Below, piece by piece: positions 17,713 through 25,864 of a stretch of DNA of 64,000 nt. The position numbers were made by a program, and so were the translations under genes. Below the pieces are notes generated by a model that was given only the letters and a program-made list of their open reading frames with translations, was not told the origin of the DNA and ran no database searches. This DNA is from a virus, in the IMG/VR virus record IMGVR_UViG_3300043331_000441, positions 32,001 to 96,000 of that record. The stretch is one strand, 5' to 3'. Position 1 is the first letter of the stretch. The number at the start of each line of letters is the position of its first letter.

Positions 17713-18075
17713 GTGAGCAATGTTGATGTAAACGAAGATTTTGTGGTTTCAGTCCATGCACTCGAACGCTTCGAAGAACGGTTCCCAGAGGAATGGTCTA
17801 ACGATGCAGGCGTTGGCCAGTTGATCCACCGCGAGACGATGGATGCCCTGGAGGCTGGTCGTGTGTCGAGCATTCCGCCGCTTGAGTTTGCTGACAACGA
17901 CATCTCCCGTTGGAACGCACGCAAGTCCAAGATCGTCTGGGTACCCGACAAGACCCGCGGCTACGTGATCGTGGACGGCTACGAGGGGATGACCGTCGCG
18001 ACGGTGCTCACTGGGCAGCCAGCAGAACAGGCGCGTAATAAACTGTACGGTGCGACAAAAAGACCACGACGATAG
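17713..18075 (+). CDS. hypothetical protein
   Basis: AAAGGAGAAC RBS before GTG 17713. Confidence 0.75.
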   Translation: MSNVDVNEDFVVSVHALERFEERFPEEWSNDAGVGQLIHRETMDALEAGRVSSIPPLEFADNDISRWNARKSKIVWVPDKTRGYVIVDGYEGMTVATVLTGQPAEQARNKLYGATKRPRR

Positions 18076-18104
18076 AAAGCCAACCGGTTCAAGCCCGGTA
18101 AAGG

Positions 18105-18281
18105 ATGGTGGCCAAACATGACAGAGCCAAGCGCGAGAAGGAGATAAGGAACCAGGCGTACGCAAATCGCTACCGCCAGCGTGAGTGCAAGAAGTGCAAG
18201 CACCGCAGTTCCCGCCCAGGACGTTGTGTGATCTGTGGCGGCGATATGAAGCAAGGAAAGGAGAACAGTGGATCTTCCTAG
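18105..18281 (+). CDS. small Zn-ribbon protein (58 aa, not in the ORF track)
   Basis: ECKKCKH...RCVICGG. Confidence 0.55.
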   Translation: MVAKHDRAKREKEIRNQAYANRYRQRECKKCKHRSSRPGRCVICGGDMKQGKENSGSS

Positions 18282-18477
18282 GACGACGGCGCTCCGTCCA
18301 CGCCCCGTGTGGATGCGCCACCTCAAGCGATCGTTGATGAACCTGGAGGATCCCGGGCCTCCAACAGAGGCAGAAAAACAGGACGCGATCAAGGTCCTGC
18401 GTGATCCAGACAACGCCGGGGTGCCCGGCCTTTGGATCGAAGCTCATCGCATTTTCGATGAAGCAGGAAGGGAGTAG
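18268..18477 (+). CDS. hypothetical protein
   Basis: AAAGGAGAAC RBS. Confidence 0.7.
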   Translation: MDLPRTTALRPRPVWMRHLKRSLMNLEDPGPPTEAEKQDAIKVLRDPDNAGVPGLWIEAHRIFDEAGRE

Positions 18478-18479
18478 GA

Positions 18480-19148
18480 GTGGCAAAGAAGAAGAAGCAG
18501 CTCAAGACAGTCCTGACGTTTGTGCAGGACGAGACTGGCTCGATGATGGGGATCGCCGACCGGACGATCTCGGCCTTCAACGAATACTTCGACACGCTGA
18601 AGAAAGAGAAGGACATCGGCGACGTCGAGACGATCATCTGGCAGTTCTCCGATACGCAGACGGAGGCGCGCGTGCGCAAGCTCCACGAGGGCCCGCTCGC
18701 CGATGTACCGACACTCGACGCCCAGAGCTACCGGCCACGCGGTGTCACCCCGCTACTCGATGCCGTTGGAACAGCAATTCAGCAGGCCGAGGGCAAGAAG
18801 GCCGACCGTCATCTGTTCATCGTGCAGACAGACGGACTGGAGAACGCGAGCGTGGACTTCACGCGCGAAGAGATCGCAAAGCTCGTCGCGAAGAAAGAGA
18901 AGGCCGAGAACTGGACGCTCGTCTTCCTCGGCGCAGGTATCGCGAACTGGGTCAGCGAAGCACGCGCGATGGGGGCCACTGGCCAGTCCGTCACAAGCTA
19001 CGACCCTGGCGATCAGACAGTCGCTTACGCCAGTCTGAGTTCCACCGCCGGTGCGTTCCTGCGCACAAACAGCGTCAAGGCACACAGCCTTGGCTCAGAC
19101 ACCGAGAAGGAGATCAAGAGACGGAAGAAGACCACGCCGAAGTCGTAA
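18480..19148 (+). CDS. von Willebrand factor A (vWA) domain protein
   Basis: VQDETGSM (MIDAS DxSxS-like), RGVTPLLDAVG, IVQTDGLENAS. Confidence 0.88.
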   Translation: MAKKKKQLKTVLTFVQDETGSMMGIADRTISAFNEYFDTLKKEKDIGDVETIIWQFSDTQTEARVRKLHEGPLADVPTLDAQSYRPRGVTPLLDAVGTAIQQAEGKKADRHLFIVQTDGLENASVDFTREEIAKLVAKKEKAENWTLVFLGAGIANWVSEARAMGATGQSVTSYDPGDQTVAYASLSSTAGAFLRTNSVKAHSLGSDTEKEIKRRKKTTPKS

Positions 19149-19176
19149 TTCACACACCGGAGAAAGGAGAACAGCA

Positions 19177-19557
19177 ATGAGGCAGGTCACAGTTCAGAAG
19201 GACGATCTGATGGAGATCGTCAAGGCAAACCGCGACGAGCACCGCACGATCTTCGAGAAGGCCGTCGAGGGTTACCGCAAACGAGCGATCGAGATCCTCG
19301 AAGAGCACATCGAACGAATCAAGCACGGCAAGGTCGAGCGTGTCGTGGTGCAGTTGCCGGTGCCGCAGGATCACACGGCCGACTACGACCGCGTGCTGAA
19401 GATGCTCGACATGAGCGTTGACGACGAGGTCACGCTCGACGAGCAGGCGTTCGCCGAGTACGTGATGGACGACTGGCACTGGCAGCGGCAGTTCCTGACC
19501 GACTCATCTTCGTTCACGGCGCTTGCCGCTGCAAAGCTCGACCGACTCAACAAGTAA
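19177..19557 (+). CDS. hypothetical phage protein
   Basis: AAAGGAGAAC RBS; 126 aa helical ORF. Confidence 0.8.
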   Translation: MRQVTVQKDDLMEIVKANRDEHRTIFEKAVEGYRKRAIEILEEHIERIKHGKVERVVVQLPVPQDHTADYDRVLKMLDMSVDDEVTLDEQAFAEYVMDDWHWQRQFLTDSSSFTALAAAKLDRLNK

Positions 19558-19567
19558 AGGAGAACAG

Positions 19568-19732
19568 ATGCACGGCAAATCGTTCGCGGCGGGTGTCGCG
19601 GCTGGCGTACTTGGGCTGCTGTTGCTCAAGTCGCTCACCCACCTTTTCCTGCCGCTCCTAGTGATCGTGGGGATCATCGTCGTCGCGTACGTCATATTCG
19701 GCGGAGGTCGCAATGAGCGTCCACCCGCTTGA
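19568..19732 (+). CDS. small membrane protein
   Basis: AAAGGAGAAC RBS; almost entirely hydrophobic. Confidence 0.75.
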   Translation: MHGKSFAAGVAAGVLGLLLLKSLTHLFLPLLVIVGIIVVAYVIFGGGRNERPPA

Positions 19733-19910
19733 CGACGAAGAGGTTGTCTGCACCGTCACGCTCCTGCATACCCCGACCGGGGCAATTGCACAGCGGGCAG
19801 AGACGGCACCAGCAGACGGCCCTCCCGATGTAGATGGGGCTGTCGAGAAAGCAAAGAGGGGCGCCCTCGACAGCCTGCTCAGTCAACTCGAACAGATAGG
19901 TGGTGCATGA
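19713..19910 (+). CDS. hypothetical protein
   Basis: GGAGG RBS, overlaps neighbours. Confidence 0.6.
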   Translation: MSVHPLDDEEVVCTVTLLHTPTGAIAQRAETAPADGPPDVDGAVEKAKRGALDSLLSQLEQIGGA

Positions 19911-20983
19911 TGAGAAAGGCCCTGATCATCCTTGTGTTCTTGGCGCTGTTCGCCTTCCTGGCGACCGGTTGCAACGAGAACACGTCTGCCAAGTCCGACG
20001 AGACCGTTTGTGTGTTCGACGGCTCCGAACATGGCTCGCAAAAGTTGAAGTACCAGATCTTCCCTGGCCAGGAGCCGCGGAAGTCGGACAGCAACGACGA
20101 GGTTGTTCGCATTCCTACCTCGTTCCGTTTCTATGCCGCGTTCCGTGATCGCTCGCGCGCAGATGCGGGTGCACCAGAGTTCTATCTCGGCTACGCGAAG
20201 GACAACGTCCCTGTGCAAGTCGAGGGTCAGGACAAGTTCCGCTTCAACACCGACAACGCCTGTGAGTGGTATGCCCGCCACGGGCGGCGTAACGCCAACG
20301 ACGGAAACCTTGGCTTCAACGCTCGTTCGAACGAGTCAGCATCGGACTTCTCGCCGTGGGTGCGCTGGCTGAACGAGAACTTCGGCAGCGTGATGGCCGC
20401 AACGATCAAGGCCGAATCGAAGAACTTCACGTGGCCGGAGTTGGTGTACGGCGACGACCCGGAGGGGCCGCAGCGTTCCCAGGGCGTCGACATCGCCTAC
20501 GGCAAGTGGATCGGCTACAAGTTCACGCAGAGGCTGCAAGAGTCGATCGGTGGCTCGTTCTTCTGTGGCACCAACCCGGAAATCTGGGAGGGCTACGAGA
20601 TCGACAAGAACTGCCCGCCGATCTTCTTCGAGACCGGGCCAATCAAGACGCAAGACGACACCCTGATGACTCAGCACGCAGCCACGATTGCATTGCAGGC
20701 GAAGGCCAACAACGATGCGTTGGCGGCCAAGATCCGTGCCGATGCGCTGCGCAAGCAGCTTGCCGAAGAAGCGGTGGCGGCGAAGATCAGAGCACAGCGC
20801 GTTGGTTCTCAGCGGCGTGACGAGAAGACGAAGCAGCGCGTACTGCAGGAACAGGTGAAGACGGCGCGGTTGCAGACGCTTTCCGATCCGGACGTGCAGA
20901 AGTGCCTTGTCTACGCGAAGAGTGGGCTGGACTGCGACGGCAAGTGGCCGACCAAGGTGATTCTCGGACAGTCCGGGAGGTAA
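19907..20983 (+). CDS. lipoprotein, possibly SPFH/band-7-like with C-terminal coiled coil
   Basis: Lipobox LATG-C; central alpha/beta region then an A/K/E-rich coiled coil. Confidence 0.65.
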   Translation: MMRKALIILVFLALFAFLATGCNENTSAKSDETVCVFDGSEHGSQKLKYQIFPGQEPRKSDSNDEVVRIPTSFRFYAAFRDRSRADAGAPEFYLGYAKDNVPVQVEGQDKFRFNTDNACEWYARHGRRNANDGNLGFNARSNESASDFSPWVRWLNENFGSVMAATIKAESKNFTWPELVYGDDPEGPQRSQGVDIAYGKWIGYKFTQRLQESIGGSFFCGTNPEIWEGYEIDKNCPPIFFETGPIKTQDDTLMTQHAATIALQAKANNDALAAKIRADALRKQLAEEAVAAKIRAQRVGSQRRDEKTKQRVLQEQVKTARLQTLSDPDVQKCLVYAKSGLDCDGKWPTKVILGQSGR

Positions 20984-20987
20984 GGCG

Positions 20988-21773
20988 ATGGGACGCACCG
21001 AAACAAAGCTCACCGCCGGGTGGGTGGTCTGCGGTGCGATCTGGCTGGCATGGGCCGTGTTTGCGTTTGGTGCCAACCAAGCGAAGGACTCGAACTACCG
21101 CGACAAGCTCGACGCCGCAAAGACACAACAGGTGTTCTGGCGCGTCGTGGCAGGAAGAGAACAGGGCAACGAGAGCGGGGTGCTGAACAAGCTCGCGAAC
21201 GATTTACGAGCGACGCCCGCGTCGGAATTGGTCGACTTTCGTGGCGACTCCAACCGGTACGGCGGCATCACAGAGGCTCTCGGCTACGACCCGTTCAATG
21301 GCCCTAACTGCCAGGAATGCGGGCCGCTCGACGACGCAGTCGTAGCGGACGCAATCGAAATCAAGAAGGGTGGGTTGCAGGCGGTGGTGGCACGCCTGCA
21401 ACCTCCCAAGCCAGATCACGTCAGTGGACCACCGCTTGTCCTATGGCTCGTGTGGCTTGTATCGCTGCCGCTTGCGGTCTTCGGTTACAAGCGCTACGCA
21501 CAACACCGCCATGAAGTGAAGTACGGCGAGTACACACAGGAACTCGAACTCGCCGATTCGTTGTCAAGCGCAATGAAGGGCCTGCCCTCACCGCAGGCCG
21601 ACGAGCTGGGCGTCCTTCGCAGCAAGCTGCTGGAAGGAATCGATCAGCGCGTCAAGTACGGAGAAGATGAGGCGAAGCAGATGCGTCTGGCGGCGCTGAA
21701 GGAAGAAGCGCTCGCCACGCTCGAAGCCATTGATGAGGGCAACCGTGTCCTCGCGAAAGGAGAACACCAATGA
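20988..21773 (+). CDS. two-TM membrane protein with cytoplasmic coiled-coil tail
   Basis: Hydrophobic helices near residues 10-30 and 150-170; overlaps the pspA start. Confidence 0.75.
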   Translation: MGRTETKLTAGWVVCGAIWLAWAVFAFGANQAKDSNYRDKLDAAKTQQVFWRVVAGREQGNESGVLNKLANDLRATPASELVDFRGDSNRYGGITEALGYDPFNGPNCQECGPLDDAVVADAIEIKKGGLQAVVARLQPPKPDHVSGPPLVLWLVWLVSLPLAVFGYKRYAQHRHEVKYGEYTQELELADSLSSAMKGLPSPQADELGVLRSKLLEGIDQRVKYGEDEAKQMRLAALKEEALATLEAIDEGNRVLAKGEHQ

Positions 21774-22498
21774 AGCGTCTCAAGTTCATCCTCGCCTCCA
21801 TCTGGAGCGCGTTCCTTGGCAAGAAGGAAGGGCAGTACCACCGGGAGATCCTCGACCTCACCTATGAACAGATGACAGACGGTCTGGTCGAGGTGAAGCG
21901 TGACCTCGCAAACGTCGCGACTGCGAAGCATCGCATCCTGCAGTTGGTCGAGAAGGCACGTACCGAAACGCTCACGTTGGAGAGCAACGCCGTCGGCTTC
22001 CTCAACGCTGGTGACGAGCAGAGCGCACGCGAGAGCCTGGAGCGGAAGGCTGCCGTGTCTCAGCAGCTAGTGCAGCTGGAAAGCCAGGCGGCAGGCATCT
22101 CGATTCGACAGAAGGCGCTGGAAGACAACCAGCGTGAGCTGGAAACGCGCATCTCGGCGTTCAAGGCGGAGAAGGAAGTCATCAAGGCCCGCTACTCGGC
22201 AGCGCAAGCCACGGCGCGGATCGGTGAGACCGTCACCGGGATCAGCAAGGACGCGCGTGAGGCAACGAAGGCCGTGGGTCGGATTACCGAGCAGACGGAG
22301 GAGCTGGAGGCACGTGGCGACGCGCTCTCCGAGCTGATCCAGGGCGGCAGCCTGGAAGACGTGTTCAACCCTGGGCAGTCACCGCTCGACAGGCGGGCGC
22401 TCGAAATGGCGCGCAACGAAGCGGTCGAGAACGATCTCGCGCGGCTGCGTAAGCAGATCGGCCAGGGCACCCCTGCGCCCACGGGTGGTGGCAGCTGA
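21770..22498 (+). CDS. pspA: PspA/IM30 (Vipp1, bacterial ESCRT-III) family protein
   Basis: 242 aa; EILDLTYEQM...A..A...GDEQSARESLERK...KEVIKARYSAAQAT...EELEARGDALSEL pattern. Confidence 0.85.
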   Translation: MKRLKFILASIWSAFLGKKEGQYHREILDLTYEQMTDGLVEVKRDLANVATAKHRILQLVEKARTETLTLESNAVGFLNAGDEQSARESLERKAAVSQQLVQLESQAAGISIRQKALEDNQRELETRISAFKAEKEVIKARYSAAQATARIGETVTGISKDAREATKAVGRITEQTEELEARGDALSELIQGGSLEDVFNPGQSPLDRRALEMARNEAVENDLARLRKQIGQGTPAPTGGGS

Positions 22499-22716
22499 TG
22501 ACGCTCGCGGAGCTGCTCAAGGAACTCCCGAGCTACAACGAGGTTGCGGGGCACATGCTGCCGAGTGGTGAGCTATGCCTAATGCTGAACCACCGTGTCA
22601 CTCTCGATAACGCTGTCCTCGTCCGCGTACGTGCGGACGAGGACGTGCTCGCCTTCTACACAGAAGACGAAGCAGCGATCGAGGTGATCAACACAGGAGG
22701 CGACTGGCCATCATGA
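22498..22716 (+). CDS. hypothetical protein
   Basis: TGATG coupling. Confidence 0.65.
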   Translation: MTLAELLKELPSYNEVAGHMLPSGELCLMLNHRVTLDNAVLVRVRADEDVLAFYTEDEAAIEVINTGGDWPS

Positions 22717-22825
22717 AAAGATGGAAGGAGAGATACGACCGTTACATGTTCGCGCTAGGCGAACGATGGTCGATTGCGCTCACCGACTGGCTGCGCAAGA
22801 AGTTCAACCTGCCAAGGAGAGATGC

Positions 22826-22981
22826 ATGAGTGACGTCGAAAAAACCGTCGAAGAGACGCCGGATCAGTCGATCATCGTGGTCCGCGAACGGCAGTACATG
22901 TGGGCGATCTACTTCGCCTTCATCGTCCTTGTCGCAGCGATCACGTTTGGTGTCATGGAACTCCTGTTCGGAGGACGCTGA
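22826..22981 (+). CDS. small single-TM protein
   Basis: AAGGAG RBS; YMWAIYFAFIVLVAAITFGV helix. Confidence 0.65.
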   Translation: MSDVEKTVEETPDQSIIVVRERQYMWAIYFAFIVLVAAITFGVMELLFGGR

Positions 22982-23223
22982 TGGTCGGCATCGTTGATCG
23001 CGTACTCCGGCGTCTAGGGCTAAGACCGCCCTACGAGACACGTGATCGAGAGGCGACGTACCGCATCAAGGGTGGCCGTGTTCTTACCGACGCCGACATC
23101 CAGGCACTAGCCGATGAGGCGGAGAGGGGATACGACGTCGACGCACTCCGCAATATCACTGCGATGCCCGATGATGGCTCGGACGATCCTGAGGCACGGA
23201 AACGTATGTTGGAAAACACGTAG
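22981..23223 (+). CDS. hypothetical protein (RVLTDADIQALADEAERGYD motif, as at the N-termini of actinobacterial CopG/RHH proteins)
   Basis: Motif recognition; no RHH C-terminus evident. Confidence 0.55.
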   Translation: MVGIVDRVLRRLGLRPPYETRDREATYRIKGGRVLTDADIQALADEAERGYDVDALRNITAMPDDGSDDPEARKRMLENT

Positions 23224-23236
23224 AAAGGAGAACATC

Positions 23237-23506
23237 GTGAAGCGACAGCTTCCGGAAGGCGCGAAGGTCAAGTTCCAGCACGAGCGATTGTTCACGCAAG
23301 ACAGGCCGCTGAGCGCACAGCCGCGCGGCGGGAAGACCACCGCAATCGTCACGTTCGCTGATGGTGGACAGGTTCTGGGGGAAGCAATGTGCTCCTCCAA
23401 GGACAATTACTGCAAGCGCATCGGGCGCGACATTGCGCTTGGTCGCGCTTTGGCGAGCCTCGAAGCAACCGCAGACGCACAAAGCCCAGAAAGGAGAACG
23501 GCATGA
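23237..23506 (+). CDS. hypothetical phage protein
   Basis: AAAGGAGAAC RBS; GEAMCSSKDNYCKRIGRDIALGRAL motif. Confidence 0.75.
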   Translation: MKRQLPEGAKVKFQHERLFTQDRPLSAQPRGGKTTAIVTFADGGQVLGEAMCSSKDNYCKRIGRDIALGRALASLEATADAQSPERRTA

Positions 23507-23895
23507 TCAAGCCCAACAGCGCCGCCGAGGCAGTCGCACAGGGAGCCCAGTTGCTCGACGAGAAAGAACCTGGCTGGTGGCGCGAAATCGACCTCGGCAC
23601 ACTCGAACTCTCAAGCTGCAAGCGTTGCATCTGCGGGCAGCTTGGCGAAAGAAAGCGGAAATCGTACGAGAGCTATGTGCACGGAACCCTCGACGTGCCC
23701 ATGTACTTCGATGACGCCTGCTACGAGCACGGCCCGTCGTATTACGGTTTCGACTGTCTCTATGAGACCGTCGAAACCGTCGAACCGCTCGCGACATGGG
23801 ATGAACTGGACGCCGAGTGGGAGAAGGTCATCCTTGCCCGACGCGAGGCCGACAAGCTTGTCCCCGCTGAGGAGAGAGAGATGGTGACTACGTGA
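23503..23895 (+). CDS. hypothetical protein
   Basis: AAAGGAGAAC RBS; LELSSCKRCICGQL. Confidence 0.75.
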   Translation: MIKPNSAAEAVAQGAQLLDEKEPGWWREIDLGTLELSSCKRCICGQLGERKRKSYESYVHGTLDVPMYFDDACYEHGPSYYGFDCLYETVETVEPLATWDELDAEWEKVILARREADKLVPAEEREMVTT

Positions 23896-24146
23896 GCCGA
23901 ACCTACATTGTCTTCGGCTCCGACGACAAGCGGAACTGGAAGGACCTCGGCCCGTTCACCGCCGGGGGCGCCCCCCAGGCGATCAAACAGGCAATCGAGA
24001 AGACGCAACACGGACATTACTTCGCGGTTGCCGAAGGAAATATCACGGCGGTCACACCAGAGGTTCAACAGCGCGCACCGATTGTGCGGCTACGGCCGAT
24101 GGCGCGCGGGCAGCTCACAGTGGAAGACGCCCTCAAGGAGTCGTAG
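23892..24146 (+). CDS. hypothetical protein
   Basis: GTGA overlap with the upstream stop. Confidence 0.65.
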   Translation: MSRTYIVFGSDDKRNWKDLGPFTAGGAPQAIKQAIEKTQHGHYFAVAEGNITAVTPEVQQRAPIVRLRPMARGQLTVEDALKES

Positions 24147-24172
24147 GATCGGAGAAAACCTCCGGAGGGAAG

Positions 24173-24682
24173 ATGACCGAGATCGTCCCCGTCCCATCGC
24201 AAGGCATCCAGCTACTCGCCGAGTTAGAGAAGGCGGGGGCGATCACCAACACCGCACTCATCCTCCCACCAGACATACCGTACGAGCAGTGTGAATCACT
24301 CGCGACGATGCTCGGTCAGCTGCACCGCACGTCGCAGTGGCTGATCGGTGATTTGCTCAATCACATCGAACGGGTCTACGGTGAGACGTATGCACAGGCA
24401 GCGGAGGCAACAGGTCTCTCGAAAGGGGCGCTCATGAACTACACCTCTGTCTGCGCGCACATACCGCGCTCACGGCGGCGGCACAACGTGCCGTTCTCAA
24501 CCCACATGGAAGTTGCGTATCTCGAACCGACCGAGCAGGAACGCTGGTTGAGCCAGGCTGCCGCGAATCGGTGGACAAAGGAAGAACTGCGTGCTGCGAG
24601 AAAAGCAGAGGGCAATCACTCGCCAGCGGTAGTAGAATGCGTATGTGCAGCGTGTGGACATGTCCACACGCACACCGCATAA
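24173..24682 (+). CDS. LmbU-family-like DNA-binding regulator
   Basis: QWLIGD...YGETYAQAAEATGL...NYTSV...RRRHNVPFSTHMEVA...QERWLSQA...WTKEELR matches the LmbU pattern. Confidence 0.7.
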   Translation: MTEIVPVPSQGIQLLAELEKAGAITNTALILPPDIPYEQCESLATMLGQLHRTSQWLIGDLLNHIERVYGETYAQAAEATGLSKGALMNYTSVCAHIPRSRRRHNVPFSTHMEVAYLEPTEQERWLSQAAANRWTKEELRAARKAEGNHSPAVVECVCAACGHVHTHTA

Positions 24683-24705
24683 AAGGAGAGCAACAGCAAT
24701 AATAT

Positions 24706-24810
24706 GCGCCCGTAGCTCATTGGTAGAGCACCGGTCTGATTGGCCGGAGGTAAGCGCGAAAGCATAGGTGGGTTCATCGCCACCGAAAGGTTCGATTCCT
24801 GCCGGGCGCT
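24706..24810 (+). ncRNA. tRNA-like RNA 1 (anticodon position GAT) with a 32-nt insert in the T-stem
   Basis: Acceptor GCGCCCG/CGGGCGC, D-arm GCTC/GAGC, anticodon stem CCGGT/GCCGG, T-loop TTCGATT; T-stem GC|insert 24756-24787|AGG pairs CCTGC. Confidence 0.85.
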
Positions 24811-24933
24811 TACGCAAGAGAGCAGCGCACTCTCTAGGGCTGGGAAACGGGAAGCCGAAGCGTGGCAGCGGGGGCGCCCCGCGCAGAAGCCAATCCGTGC
24901 GATGCGGAGCACCGTTTCCCAGTACCGACTTAT

Positions 24934-25086
24934 CGGGATGTAGCTCAGTGGTAGAGCACCGGTCTGATGTACCGGAGGACGCGTCTGAAAAGACATAGGC
25001 ATTCCAGAAGGGCGACGTATTCGCGCTTTTGAGAAGCCGGAGCGAAATACTCCGTAAGCCGAAAGGTTCGAATCCTGCCATCCCGA
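24934..25086 (+). ncRNA. tRNA-like RNA 2 (anticodon position GAT) with an 81-nt insert in the T-stem
   Basis: Acceptor CGGGATG/CATCCCG, D-arm GCTC/GAGC, CCGGT/ACCGG, T-loop TTCGAAT; T-stem GC|insert 24983-25063|AGG pairs CCTGC. Confidence 0.85.
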
Positions 25087-25088
25087 CT

Positions 25089-25550
25089 ATGAAACGACCA
25101 ACACTCATATGGGCACAAGACCTCGGAGAACCCGAGTGCCCCTACGCACGACGCTGGGTTCTCAATCTTGGCTTCGCCAGTATTCGCGTCCACCACTGGG
25201 TCCGCAGCGACGACAAGCGCGCGCCGCATGATCATCCATGGTGGTTTCTGACACTGGTGCTGTCAGGCTCCTACGAGGATTGGGGCTATCCGGAACGCAC
25301 CGCCAAGGGCGCCCCGCGCCTGGATCACAAAACAGTCGATCCGCTCAAACGTGGCAGCGTGCGTTACCGGCCAGCCCATCACATTCACTCGGTGAGCGTC
25401 CCGCCGGGCGGATGCTGGACAGTCCTCCTCACGGGAAGGGAGCGCAAACAGTGGGGATTCTGGACGCGCCGGAAGGATGGCGCTGCGCGTTTTCTGCGTT
25501 CTGCGCGATACTTCTATAAGCACGGGCACCATCCGTGCGATCAGGAATGA
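25089..25550 (+). CDS. cupin-fold protein
   Basis: IRVHHW...PHDHPWWFLTLVLSGSYED...RPAHHIHSV...WTVLLTG...WGFW. Confidence 0.75.
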   Translation: MKRPTLIWAQDLGEPECPYARRWVLNLGFASIRVHHWVRSDDKRAPHDHPWWFLTLVLSGSYEDWGYPERTAKGAPRLDHKTVDPLKRGSVRYRPAHHIHSVSVPPGGCWTVLLTGRERKQWGFWTRRKDGAARFLRSARYFYKHGHHPCDQE

Positions 25551-25864
25551 AAGGAGAACAAGTGAGCGAGAGGCGAGCATTCCCTCACTCGCGCCAGCCG
25601 GTGTGCCCCACTGAATAAAGCCATGGAAGAATGCGACCACGACTGGGATGACGACTTCATGGGCGGTTCAATCTGCCGAAAGTGTCGTACGCATGTCTAA
25701 AAACGTCTTCTGGGAGGGCGTGTCTGCCAAGGATGACCCGCGTCGGTTCAGACGTCCAGTACGGGTGGATGGAAAGAATTGCCGTGACCGTCAACCCTGG
25801 GGAGGATTCACCGACCAGGAGCGATGTGAATGCGTCGGAGAATGCGAGTACGATCGCCGACAGA

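Noticed and set aside
24756-25063. Archaeal bulge-helix-bulge tRNA intron
   Set aside because: The 3-nt AUA and GAA segments flank a hairpin in a multiway junction, not a 4-bp central helix with opposing bulges.
24731-25066. Hammerhead ribozyme (CUGAU..., GAAA, AUA are all present)
   Set aside because: The order and pairing do not give stems I-III, G8/A9 are not conserved (CUGAUUG, CUGAUGU), and the would-be cleavage base is G.
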